From the sequence record DRR723986_5249: a stretch of 59,953 nucleotides of DNA; one strand, given 5' to 3'. Below, one piece after another: positions 17,601 to 26,750 of the stretch (the stretch's first letter is position 1; each line of letters begins with the position of its first letter). The notes under the pieces were generated by a model. The model was not told where the DNA came from and did no database searches. It worked only from the letters and a program-made list of their open reading frames with translations. Position numbers and translations under genes: made by a program.

Positions 17601-18301
17601 GCTTGGTGACCACTAAATACAATCCGGCGCGTACCTGGACCGCAGAAAACTCGGTGGGTATCGGCGGCTCTTATCTTTGCGTGTACGGCATGGAAGGGCC
17701 GGGCGGTTACCAGTTTGTCGGTCGCACCCTGCAAATGTGGAATCGCTACCGCCGCACGGCCGCGTTTACCGAGCCCTATCTGCTGCGCTTTTTTGATCAG
17801 ATTCGCTTCTACGAAGTCAGCCACGTTGAACTCACGCAAATCCGTCGTGATTTCCCGCTGGGCGACTACCCGCTGCGCACCGAGGAGGGCGAGTTTTCGC
17901 TGGCGGAGTACGAGGCGTTTACTACCCAGCACGCGGCGGAAATCGATACCCACACCGCTCGTCGTGAACAGGCCTTCGATGACGAGTTGGCCCGCTGGCA
18001 TGCCGATGGCCAGTTCCACTACGAGGCACCGGAGGTTGAGGTCAGCGACGATACGCTGGTGATTGGCGACGACGACATTGTGGTGGACAGCTCGGTGGCG
18101 GGCAGCGTTTGGCAGCTTAATGTGGCCGAGGGCGACACCGTTGAAGCCGGGCAGTGCGTGATGCTGCTGGAGTCGATGAAGATGGAAGTGGCCGTGCTGG
18201 CCAGCCAGCCGGGCCGGGTGAAAACGGTGGTGGTGAAAGCCGGTGGCCGCGTCAGTGCCGGTCAGCCGCTGTTAATTCTGCACGGGGAGGACGCGCAATG
18301 A
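14663..18301 (+). CDS. uca: Guanidine/urea carboxylase (biotin carboxylase - carboxyltransferase - BCCP); guanidine-type active site
   Basis: MFKKVLIANRGAIA, HPGYGFLSEN, GGGGIGM, EVNTRLQVEH; CT motifs HPSNIHDNAY, KYNPART, GPGGYQ; biotin site ESMKM. Start ATG 14663. Confidence 0.95.
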   Translation: MFKKVLIANRGAIATRIIRSLREMGITSVAVYADVDARSLHVRQADEAYSLGEGGAADTYLNSDKVLEIARACGAEAIHPGYGFLSENAAFVTACEAAGIVFIGPTAEQMQSFGLKHRAREIAAAAGVPLPPGSGLLADVDTACAEAANIGYPVMLKSTAGGGGIGMQVCDSEAVLREAFNKVKQLGKNNFADDGVFLEKYIARARHIEVQAFGDGKGGVLAIGERDCSAQRRNQKVIEECPAPNLPEPVRQRLYTLAEALLSSVNYRNAATVEYIFDADTEECYFLEVNTRLQVEHGVTEMVWSVDLVQWMLQQAAGELPPLDALRQGLSASGHAIQLRVYAEDPYRDFQPCAGLLSHVAFPQPGEALPGLRIEHWLESGIEVSPYFDPMLAKILYRGEDRDAAIQGLRETLDQTQLYGIESNGAYLRYLLDDAVVAKGDVTTRYLAQVTWQPARIDVLQGGTQTTIQDFPGRSGYWDVGVPPSGPFDNYSFRLANAMLGNTPDAAALEVTLQGPTLQFSAPTRIVVAGAAIPLSLDGEPVAMHTPVEVAAGQTLIMGRIERGARAYLAVAGGLDCPEYLGSRSTFTLGQFGGHNGRALRTGDVLALAQSASTGPALSPDQAALPDIGSQWSLRVIYGPHGAPDFFTDDDIQQFFSTDWEVHYNSSRTGVRLIGPKPQWARQSGGEAGMHPSNIHDNAYAFGTVDFTGDMPVILGPDGPSLGGFVCPATVITADLWKLGQLRAGDTLRFVPVSVDAAVAAERCQKAFFAGDEFGDNTAAAESAAPVSVEALPSPIVQRLSADEVGDEVVYRLAGDHFLLVEYGPLELDIRLRFRAHALMQDLQQTPLPGLRELTPGIRSLQLHYDAQQLPLRELLDELARRERRLSQRLDSLHVPSRTVWLPLSWDDEACQLAVDKYQQSVRANAPWCPSNLEFIRRINGLDSIAEVKKIVFDAAYLVMGLGDVYLGAPVATPVDPRHRLVTTKYNPARTWTAENSVGIGGSYLCVYGMEGPGGYQFVGRTLQMWNRYRRTAAFTEPYLLRFFDQIRFYEVSHVELTQIRRDFPLGDYPLRTEEGEFSLAEYEAFTTQHAAEIDTHTARREQAFDDELARWHADGQFHYEAPEVEVSDDTLVIGDDDIVVDSSVAGSVWQLNVAEGDTVEAGQCVMLLESMKMEVAVLASQPGRVKTVVVKAGGRVSAGQPLLILHGEDAQ

Positions 18302-20109
18302 CATTGCCCACACTGAGTCGCCGCAGCCTGCATCAGGCTTACCGCGATGGCAGCCTGACACCGCGCAAGCTGATGGCCGAGATTGCCGCGCGCTGCGACG
18401 CGCTCAACGGCCACAATATCTGGATTTACCGCCTCAGCGCCGCGGAGCTGGAGCCGTATCTGCAAACACTGGACGGGCACAGTCCCGACAGCCTGCCGCT
18501 GTTTGGTCTGCCCTTTGCCATTAAAGACAATATCGATCTGGCGGGGGTGCCGACCACGGCGGCCTGCGACGCCTTCAGCTATACCCCCTCGCAATCGGCG
18601 ACGGTGGTGCAAGCACTGATTGCCGCCGGGGCGATTCCGGTGGGCAAGAGTAACCTCGACCAGTTTGCCACCGGTCTGGTGGGTACCCGCTCGCCCTGGG
18701 GCGCCTGCAAAAACAGTGTCGACCCCGACATGATCAGTGGCGGTTCCAGCTCTGGCTCGGCGGTGGCCGTGGCCAAGGGGCTGGCCTGTTTCAGCCTGGG
18801 CACCGACACGGCGGGCTCGGGCCGCGTACCCGCCTGCTTTAATAATCTGGTGGGCCTCAAACCCAGTATCGGCCTGTTGTCGGCCACGGGGATGGTGCCC
18901 GCCTGCCGCTCTTTGGACTGCATGACAGTGTTTGCACTGAATGTGGATGACGCCCACGCGGTGCTGTCGGTGGCTGAGGGTGAGGACGCCAGTGATGCCT
19001 ACAGCCGCGCCAACCCCTTCGGCAACTGTTCCCGCCATTACGGACGACACGCCGGCAAATTGCGCCTGGGCGTGATGCCAGCGGAACAACTCGCCTTTTT
19101 CGGTCACGCGGGCTACGAGCAGGCCTATCAGCAGAGCCTTGCGGCGCTTGCCGAGGATGATGAGATCGAGCTGATCGAGGTGGATATGTCAGCCTTTCTC
19201 GATGCCGCCAAACTCCTCTATGAAGGCCCCTGGGTGGCGGAGCGCTACCTTGCCTGCTCACCGCTGATTGAGGAGCAGCCCGACGCGCTGCTGCCGGTCA
19301 CCCGAACGATTATCAGCGGCGGTGCAGCGCCGTCAGCGCGGGATGCCTTCTCTTTTCAGTATCGTTTAAAAGCCTTGCGCAAACTGGCGCAGGCCACGCT
19401 GGATTCGGTGGATGCCCTGCTCACACCCACCGCGCCGCGGCCCTATACGATTGCCGAGCTGGACGCTGATCCCATCGCCCTGAACAGCAATACCGGCTAC
19501 TACACCAACTATATGAACCTGTTTGACCTCTGCGGTTTGGCGCTGCCTACGGCGTTTACCGACGACGGTTTCCCCTTTGGCCTGACGCTGGTTGCCGAGG
19601 CCTTTGGCGACCGCAAGCTGCTGTCGATTGGCAACCGTCTGCAACAGTATTTTGCCCTGCCGCTGGGCGCGGAAAAGCGTGCTTTTGAAGCGCTTTCCGA
19701 GAATGCTTCGACAGCGGCCGAGCGGGTGGACGTGGTGGTTTGCGGCGCCCATCTGGACGGTCAGCCCCTTAACTGGCAGCTTCGCGAGCGTGGAGCCACC
19801 TTACAGCTTTGCACGCAGTCAGCCCCTGATTACCAGCTCTATGCCTTGCCCGGTGGGCCGCCGTTGCGTCCGGCCATGGTGCTGGCTGAGTCCGGCCAGG
19901 GGCAGGCGATCGAGGTGGAAGTATGGTCGATGCCGCTCGCCGAACTTGGCAGTTTTGTGGCCGGGATCCCGGCGCCACTGGGCATCGGCAAAGTGCGGCT
20001 GGCCGACGGACGGCTGTGCCCGGGCTTTATCTGCGAGCAGTCGGGGATTCGCGGCGCGACGGATATCAGCCATTTTGGCGGCTGGCGGGCCTACCTCTGC
20101 AGCTTATAA
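18298..20109 (+). CDS. atzF: Allophanate hydrolase
   Basis: ATGA overlap with uca. Amidase signature IKDNID, GGSSSGS, GTDTAGSGRVPA. C-terminal domain VVCGAHL.GQPLN..PLGIG. Confidence 0.94.
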   Translation: MTLPTLSRRSLHQAYRDGSLTPRKLMAEIAARCDALNGHNIWIYRLSAAELEPYLQTLDGHSPDSLPLFGLPFAIKDNIDLAGVPTTAACDAFSYTPSQSATVVQALIAAGAIPVGKSNLDQFATGLVGTRSPWGACKNSVDPDMISGGSSSGSAVAVAKGLACFSLGTDTAGSGRVPACFNNLVGLKPSIGLLSATGMVPACRSLDCMTVFALNVDDAHAVLSVAEGEDASDAYSRANPFGNCSRHYGRHAGKLRLGVMPAEQLAFFGHAGYEQAYQQSLAALAEDDEIELIEVDMSAFLDAAKLLYEGPWVAERYLACSPLIEEQPDALLPVTRTIISGGAAPSARDAFSFQYRLKALRKLAQATLDSVDALLTPTAPRPYTIAELDADPIALNSNTGYYTNYMNLFDLCGLALPTAFTDDGFPFGLTLVAEAFGDRKLLSIGNRLQQYFALPLGAEKRAFEALSENASTAAERVDVVVCGAHLDGQPLNWQLRERGATLQLCTQSAPDYQLYALPGGPPLRPAMVLAESGQGQAIEVEVWSMPLAELGSFVAGIPAPLGIGKVRLADGRLCPGFICEQSGIRGATDISHFGGWRAYLCSL

Positions 20110-20146
20110 CATGTCAGCATGGTGGTTTTACTGTGATCGCTGAACC

Positions 20147-20395
20147 ATGTTGGAAAGCTGGAAAGATTATTGCCCTTACTGCGGCGAGCGTATCGAACTG
20201 CTGATCGACCCGAGCCTGGCAGGGGAGCCGTACGTTGAAGACTGCGAGGTTTGCTGTCGCCCCATGCGCGTCAGCGTGAGCGATGGCGACGCGCCACTGG
20301 GCGCTGATAGCTGGGCGCAAGCGATAGAGGAGCTGCCCGCGTCAGCGTCCGACTCCGGTTTGCAGGTTCAGCTTCAACGCGAAGATGAGGTGTAA
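20147..20395 (+). CDS. CPXCG motif cysteine-rich small protein
   Basis: CPYCGE...[11 protein letters not shown]. Confidence 0.8.
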   Translation: MLESWKDYCPYCGERIELLIDPSLAGEPYVEDCEVCCRPMRVSVSDGDAPLGADSWAQAIEELPASASDSGLQVQLQREDEV

Positions 20396-20397
20396 CG

Positions 20398-20910
20398 ATG
20401 CCCTGTGAACTGCGAGCGATAGAAGCAGATATCTGCCAGCTGAAGGTTGATGCCATCGTTAATGCCGCCAATAACAGCTTGCTCGGCGGGGGCGGTGTCG
20501 ACGGCGCCATTCACCGGGCGGCGGGGCCGGCGTTGTTGGAATTCTGTCGCGGCTTGCAGGGTTGCGCGACCGGCGATGCCAAGGTTAGCCCCGGTTTTGC
20601 ACTGCCTGCTCAATACGTTCTTCATACAGTAGGGCCGGTGTGGCACGGCGGTGATCAGGGCGAGGCCGATAAACTGGCGAGTTGCTACCGCCGCTGTATT
20701 GAAGAGGCCAAGGCACTGGAGCTCGCTACTCTGGCCTTTCCGGCCATTAGCTGCGGCGTATATGGCTACCCTCACGACCAGGCTTGCGCTATTGCGGTGG
20801 CCAGTTTACGGGAGGCCTTGCTTGAGCCGCGCAGCCTCCGGCAGATCTTTCTGGTGGCGTTCAGCCCGGAAATGCTGGCCCACTGGCAGCGGGCTTTAGC
20901 GCACGGCTAG
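20398..20910 (+). CDS. Macrodomain protein, O-acetyl-ADP-ribose deacetylase (YmdB-like)
   Basis: DAIVNAANNSLLGGGGVDGAIHRAAG, HTVGPVW, AFPAISCGVYGYP. Confidence 0.93.
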   Translation: MPCELRAIEADICQLKVDAIVNAANNSLLGGGGVDGAIHRAAGPALLEFCRGLQGCATGDAKVSPGFALPAQYVLHTVGPVWHGGDQGEADKLASCYRRCIEEAKALELATLAFPAISCGVYGYPHDQACAIAVASLREALLEPRSLRQIFLVAFSPEMLAHWQRALAHG

Positions 20911-20913
20911 GTT

Positions 20914-21342
20914 TTACTGGCGGCCTAAAGCCTTGAGCAAACTGGCTTCCGTTTGTGGCCCCGTGAGTACACTGTGCAGTTCACCTTGTGGGTTGAGAAT
21001 ATAGGTGGTCGGTAATACTTTGGGGCGCTCTTGCCCGAGCAATTGGGCGGGGTCGGCGAGCATACTTTCAAATTGAATATCCAATTCGGCAATGGCCTCG
21101 TCTAGCGCCGGGCCCTGCAGGCGGTCGTAGTTTGCGCCGTAAACGTCGATGTCGCTGTGTTCGGCATCAAGTTTATTGAGTTCGGGAATTTCATCGCGAC
21201 AGGGGCCGCACCATGTCGCCCAATAATTAATCAGTACCCAGTTGCCGGTATCTGGCAAGCCCGCTGCGCTGGTTTCGCTGCGGCTGCAGGCGATTAATAG
21301 AGAGCAGGTAAGCAGTAGCAAGATTGATCGCAGTTGTATCAT
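20914..21342 (-). CDS. TlpA-family disulfide reductase lipoprotein
   Basis: Lipobox LIA-C, INYWATWCGPCRDEIP, LPTTY. Confidence 0.9.
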   Translation of the reverse strand: MIQLRSILLLLTCSLLIACSRSETSAAGLPDTGNWVLINYWATWCGPCRDEIPELNKLDAEHSDIDVYGANYDRLQGPALDEAIAELDIQFESMLADPAQLLGQERPKVLPTTYILNPQGELHSVLTGPQTEASLLKALGRQ

Positions 21343-21414
21343 TTCCTATTCCAAATGGTGGCCAGCAATGCGCTGTGTATAATGTCGCTCATCGTTTACT
21401 ACGCTGGATGAGCC

Positions 21415-22375
<961 letters not shown>

Positions 22376-22398
22376 CTCTACATAAGGAAACTTCAGGT

Positions 22399-22776
22399 AT
22401 GACAAGTTTGGAAAAGCGCGCGGCCGTCACGGCGGCTTTGATGAAGTTTTCCTACGTCGGTTTGTTAATTTCATTGAGTTTGAGTACGTGGGTGTGGGTG
22501 CAAGAGGGGCGCCAGCCCAGCGTTACCATCTGGCTGATTCGCGTGTTGCCACTGCTGATTTTTGTGTTGCCGGTTTTTCGTCAGCAGCTCAAAGGCATTG
22601 CCTGGATGTGTTTTGTAAGCCTGTTGTATTTTGCCTCGGCGGTTACCGAGGCCATGTCGCCCTTTGTTATTTGGATCAATTATATTGAGCTGGCGTTGGT
22701 AGTTATTTTGTTCTGCAGCGCGACGGCGTTTATTCGCTGGCATGCGCAGGCGATGCGCGCCGCACAAGAAGTATGA
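22399..22776 (+). CDS. Small membrane protein (DUF2069-like)
   Basis: Four hydrophobic segments, W..FVSLLYF. Occupies the usual position after arsC-wrbA. Confidence 0.7.
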   Translation: MTSLEKRAAVTAALMKFSYVGLLISLSLSTWVWVQEGRQPSVTIWLIRVLPLLIFVLPVFRQQLKGIAWMCFVSLLYFASAVTEAMSPFVIWINYIELALVVILFCSATAFIRWHAQAMRAAQEV

Positions 22777-22792
22777 GGGGTAAGGACACAGT

Positions 22793-24607
22793 ATGAGCGA
22801 TGCAAATAAGCGCGGTTTTTTTAGCCGTTTGGGCAATGTGCTGGACGGTGTGCGCCGCTGGACCTTAAACCTGTTCTTCTTGGTGTTTATCGGCTTGCTG
22901 CTGTTCAACATTGTGAATGCCTTCCGTGTTGAAGTGCCAAACGGTGGCGTTCTGGTACTGGCTCCTGAGGGGGTGGTGGTTGAGCAATACACCGCCGTTG
23001 ACGCATTCACGCAAATCAGTGGCAGTGGTCTGCCGATAGAAACCCTGTTGCAAGACCTGATCGATAGTGTGGATTACGCCCGCGAGGACAGCAGCATCCA
23101 GGTACTGTTGTTATTGCTCGATGATATGCAGCACATCGGTATGGCCCGCTCATTGGAATTGTCAGATGCGCTGCGGCGTTTTCGCGAGTCGGGCAAGCAA
23201 ATTGTCGCGATGTCGGGACACTACGATCAGGACAAGTACTTGTTGGCGAGCGAGGCTGACCAAATACTGCTGCACAATATGGGCGGCGTCAGCCTGGAAG
23301 GCTTTGCCGTGGTACGCAACTACCTGAGTGAGGCGATTGATAAATTAAAGGTCAACTTCCACGTATTTAAAGTGGGAAGCTACAAGTCGGCACTCGAGCC
23401 ATTTATTCGCAATGATATGTCGCCGGAAGCGCGTGAAGCGAACCGAGGCTGGCTGGAACCGCTGTGGGATCTATACCGCGACCGCGTCGTTGAGCGCCGC
23501 AATATTGCCGTTAAAGACTTTAATTACTACGTGAACCATATCGATCGCGTGCTGGCTGGTAGTGGTGGCGATGCCGCACAAGCTGCCCTGGATTATGGCT
23601 TGGTCGACGGTATTGTCAGTCGGCCACGGCTCAGCGAAATGATGGCTGAGCAGGTCGGTTGGGATAAAGATGGCTATTTTAACCAGGTTTATTACAAGCA
23701 CTATCTGCGCTTTAAGCGGGGTATAACCTTACCCGACGATACTGCGGGTGTGGCGTTAATCGTTGCTAGCGGCAATATTGTGGATGGTGAGCGGCCTGCG
23801 GGCAGCATTGGCGGCGATAGCCTTGCGCGTCTGGTTCGTACCGCGCGGCTGGATGAGAGTGTTAAGGCACTGGTGTTGCGCATCGACAGCGGCGGGGGCT
23901 CCGCTTTTGCGTCGGAAATTATCCGCGCCGAACTCGAGGCCCTGCAACAGGCGGGCAAGCCCTACGTGGTGTCAATGAGCAGCCTGGCGGCATCAGGTGG
24001 ATACTGGATAGCGGCAGGTGCCGATGAGATCTGGGCGAGCCCTGCTACGTTGACAGGCTCTATCGGCATCTTTGGTGCTTTTCCCACCGTTGAGGAATTA
24101 CTGGCCGATCTGGGTGTAAACACCGACGGTGTCGGCACATCGGCAGTTGCCGGTAAGCTGCGTGTTGACCGCCCGCTAGACCCTATTGTGGCGCGATCCA
24201 TTCAAAGCAGTATCGATAATGGCTATCGCCGATTTATTAATGTGGTTGCCGAGGGCCGCGGCAAACTGCCGGAGCAAGTCGAGCCGATTGCCGAAGGGCG
24301 AGTGTGGAGTGGCATGGATGCTCATGAACTCGGCTTGGTAGATAAGCTGGGCACCTTAGAACAAGCCATTCAGTCGGCCGCGAAACTAGCCGGGCTGAGT
24401 GACAGCCGACACCGCGAATTGCGCTTGCCGATGAGCCCGGAAGAAGAGCTGATGCGCTGGATACTAAGCTCGGGGGTCGCGGCGCTTTTGCTCCCCCAGT
24501 CTCTCTCTGCGTTAATTCAGCAGTGGCTGCCTGCGACCGCAGCGCTCCCCACGCTGAACGACCCGCGTGGTATGTATGCCTACTGTCCAGTGTGTGTGAG
24601 CCCGTAG
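22793..24607 (+). CDS. sppA: Signal peptide peptidase SppA (67K type)
   Basis: N-terminal TM, VGSYKSALEP, LRIDSGGGS, AASGGYWIA, TLTGSIG, EGRVWSG. Confidence 0.94.
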   Translation: MSDANKRGFFSRLGNVLDGVRRWTLNLFFLVFIGLLLFNIVNAFRVEVPNGGVLVLAPEGVVVEQYTAVDAFTQISGSGLPIETLLQDLIDSVDYAREDSSIQVLLLLLDDMQHIGMARSLELSDALRRFRESGKQIVAMSGHYDQDKYLLASEADQILLHNMGGVSLEGFAVVRNYLSEAIDKLKVNFHVFKVGSYKSALEPFIRNDMSPEAREANRGWLEPLWDLYRDRVVERRNIAVKDFNYYVNHIDRVLAGSGGDAAQAALDYGLVDGIVSRPRLSEMMAEQVGWDKDGYFNQVYYKHYLRFKRGITLPDDTAGVALIVASGNIVDGERPAGSIGGDSLARLVRTARLDESVKALVLRIDSGGGSAFASEIIRAELEALQQAGKPYVVSMSSLAASGGYWIAAGADEIWASPATLTGSIGIFGAFPTVEELLADLGVNTDGVGTSAVAGKLRVDRPLDPIVARSIQSSIDNGYRRFINVVAEGRGKLPEQVEPIAEGRVWSGMDAHELGLVDKLGTLEQAIQSAAKLAGLSDSRHRELRLPMSPEEELMRWILSSGVAALLLPQSLSALIQQWLPATAALPTLNDPRGMYAYCPVCVSP

Positions 24608-24666
24608 CCGCAAATACAGGCATTGACACCCTCTTGCATTGGCGCCGGAGTAACAGCGAAACGCCA

Positions 24667-25683
24667 TTACTCCGCGTTGGTTTTTAGCTCCTGAATAATC
24701 GATGCCCACATAGCATCTGGCGCGGCGTAGGGGGCATAAATAGCCAATCGGTCTGCATAGCCAGCATATTTCTTTTTCAGCAAACCGGCGATCTCTTCTG
24801 GTTTGCCGCGAGTGCAGAACGCGTCGAGAAAATCATCGTCCACATAGCTGCCCAGCTCATCCCATTTGCCTTCCTTGGAGAGGCGATTCATTATCGGCTG
24901 TAAGTCGCCCAGGCCTACCGCCTCCATCGGCGGGGCATAGGCTGGCGTCGAGGCATAGAACCCCAACAAGCTCTTCACGCTATTCTCCGCCGCAACATAT
25001 TCCTCTTCGGTTTCTCCGGTAATGATGATGGCATTAACCTGTAAGGTGAAGTCATCCAGGGAGCGCGCCGATTTCTCTAAGCCCCTTTTCACGGCAGGTA
25101 GGGCTTTCTCTTCCAGAAAGGGCAGGCTGTTGAAGGGGTGGACGATCAAACCGTCGGCAACCTCGCCGGCGACTTCGGTCATTTTTGGTCCCAGTGCGCC
25201 CAGCATGATTGGTGGGATTCCATAAGGATTTGGCCCTGGGTTGAACATCGGCGTCATCAATGTGTGGCGATAATACTTCCCCTGGAAGTCGAGTTTGTTG
25301 CCATGTTGCCAACAGTCGAAAAACGCTTTGACCGCTAAGATATACTCTCGCATTCTCGCCGCGGGTGGATTGAAGTCTATACCGAAGCGCTTTTCTATGT
25401 GCGCTTTAATCTGTGAGCCGATCCCCAGGCTGAATTTGCCCTTTGAAAACGTTTGTAGGTCCCACGCCTGGTAGGCAATGTGAGAGGGGTTTCTGGGGAA
25501 GGCCACGGCAATGCCGGTGGCAATATCCAGTTCGGGGGCATGCTCTGAGGCGAGCGCTAAAGGGAAGAACGGATCCCAGCTACCCTCCAGTGAATACACG
25601 CCGTCATAGCCGATTGCTGCCAGGCGTTTGGCTTCCGCCGCTGCGCCACTCATTTGCGCATAAAAGGGGCCGTCAATTTTCAT
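24667..25683 (-). CDS. LLM-class oxidoreductase resembling the F420-dependent TIGR03617-type family
   Basis: DPFFPLA, TGIAVAFPRNP, LGIGSQIKAHIEKRFG, YRHTLMTPMFNPG, HPF, FYASTPAY. Confidence 0.82.
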   Translation of the reverse strand: MKIDGPFYAQMSGAAAEAKRLAAIGYDGVYSLEGSWDPFFPLALASEHAPELDIATGIAVAFPRNPSHIAYQAWDLQTFSKGKFSLGIGSQIKAHIEKRFGIDFNPPAARMREYILAVKAFFDCWQHGNKLDFQGKYYRHTLMTPMFNPGPNPYGIPPIMLGALGPKMTEVAGEVADGLIVHPFNSLPFLEEKALPAVKRGLEKSARSLDDFTLQVNAIIITGETEEEYVAAENSVKSLLGFYASTPAYAPPMEAVGLGDLQPIMNRLSKEGKWDELGSYVDDDFLDAFCTRGKPEEIAGLLKKKYAGYADRLAIYAPYAAPDAMWASIIQELKTNAE

Positions 25684-25698
25684 TATTTTTACCTTGTT

Positions 25699-26700
25699 CT
25701 ATTTACTTGGATTGCTGTCGCGATTGCATTCAAACCAGCCGATGACGGGCGCCTCATCGTCGATATAGCAGCGTACTAAAGAGCGTCGATACTCGGTGCG
25801 CTTGGGCGGTGAGAAGGTGTGGGTAATATCGATTTCCACACCGGAGATCGTTTCAATACGACCGCTGATCACCCTACCACTACTGCAGGCGAGGTCGAAG
25901 TGCCCGGCAACGGAGCGATGTGGGGAGGTCGCGTCAAAAGAGAGGTCGAATTCAACGCCCTCCAGATTTTCCATCTCGCCGTCGTTTTCCTGGAAGTAAC
26001 CAACCTTGATTTCCGGCCACTCCGGAATATTCACCACGGTGGACTGCAAACTGAATTTCTCCGTATTAATGACCAGAAACTGCCACTGCATATCCCAGGG
26101 GCGGGGGCCCCATGAGTGGTCGCGTTCGCCCCTAACGGTAACGTCCTGTGTGTGCTTATCGATGCTCACCGTCAAGGCGCCGGCGATTGGCTGTTCATAG
26201 CGATTGGTGCTAAAGCCCTCCGCTTGATGATCTTCAACGGTGCCACCGCCGCGAGAGTGGGCAGGGCCTAGGGCATTCATGGTTAGCTGGACGGCGACCG
26301 GTAGCACCAGGCCTTGGCGTTGCCCCGACAGGACTCTTGCAAAGCCTGATACGCTCAGCGTTCCGGTTTGCAGGGCCTCACCGGCCTGATAACTAAATGC
26401 TAAGCCCCAGCCCTCATACGCAAACACCTGCTTGTTGCTGTGTAATGTCAACGCCGAGAAGGGGAGGCGATACTCTTCGATCGCTAACCATTCTTCACCA
26501 TCGAGCAGATACAGCCAAAATAGCACGCGTTGTTGTACGGGGTGCCAACCGACTCGACAGTGCCCGGCAATGCGGCCATTGGCGTCATACCAATCGAAAA
26601 AATACGATTCATTCCAGTCTGGGTGATCGCTGCTAAAAGGGTGTGGAAACTCGTCGTCGAGTTGAATACCAAATTGCGTCAGCGTTTTATTGTCTAGCAT
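25699..26700 (-). CDS. Hypothetical protein with WNESY and RDHSWG motifs (AttH/tocopherol-cyclase-like beta fold suspected)
   Basis: ATG 26700 (MLDNKT). WNESYFFDWYD, RYEQ, GERDHSWGPRPW. Tightly co-oriented with both flanking genes. Confidence 0.65.
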   Translation of the reverse strand: MLDNKTLTQFGIQLDDEFPHPFSSDHPDWNESYFFDWYDANGRIAGHCRVGWHPVQQRVLFWLYLLDGEEWLAIEEYRLPFSALTLHSNKQVFAYEGWGLAFSYQAGEALQTGTLSVSGFARVLSGQRQGLVLPVAVQLTMNALGPAHSRGGGTVEDHQAEGFSTNRYEQPIAGALTVSIDKHTQDVTVRGERDHSWGPRPWDMQWQFLVINTEKFSLQSTVVNIPEWPEIKVGYFQENDGEMENLEGVEFDLSFDATSPHRSVAGHFDLACSSGRVISGRIETISGVEIDITHTFSPPKRTEYRRSLVRCYIDDEAPVIGWFECNRDSNPSK

Positions 26701-26750
26701 TGTGCTCTGCTCTCGGTAGTGTTTAGTTGTGGCAATCAGCAAGACCGCAC

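Noticed and set aside
13138-19752. Long antisense ORFs, e.g. 13138-13947 and 18262-19107
   Set aside because: They are shadows of GC-rich sense genes, with no recognisable motifs.
20398-20910. Macrodomain as part of a DarTG-like or anti-phage system
   Set aside because: It is a stand-alone YmdB-like protein with no adjacent ADP-ribosyltransferase, sirtuin or toxin.
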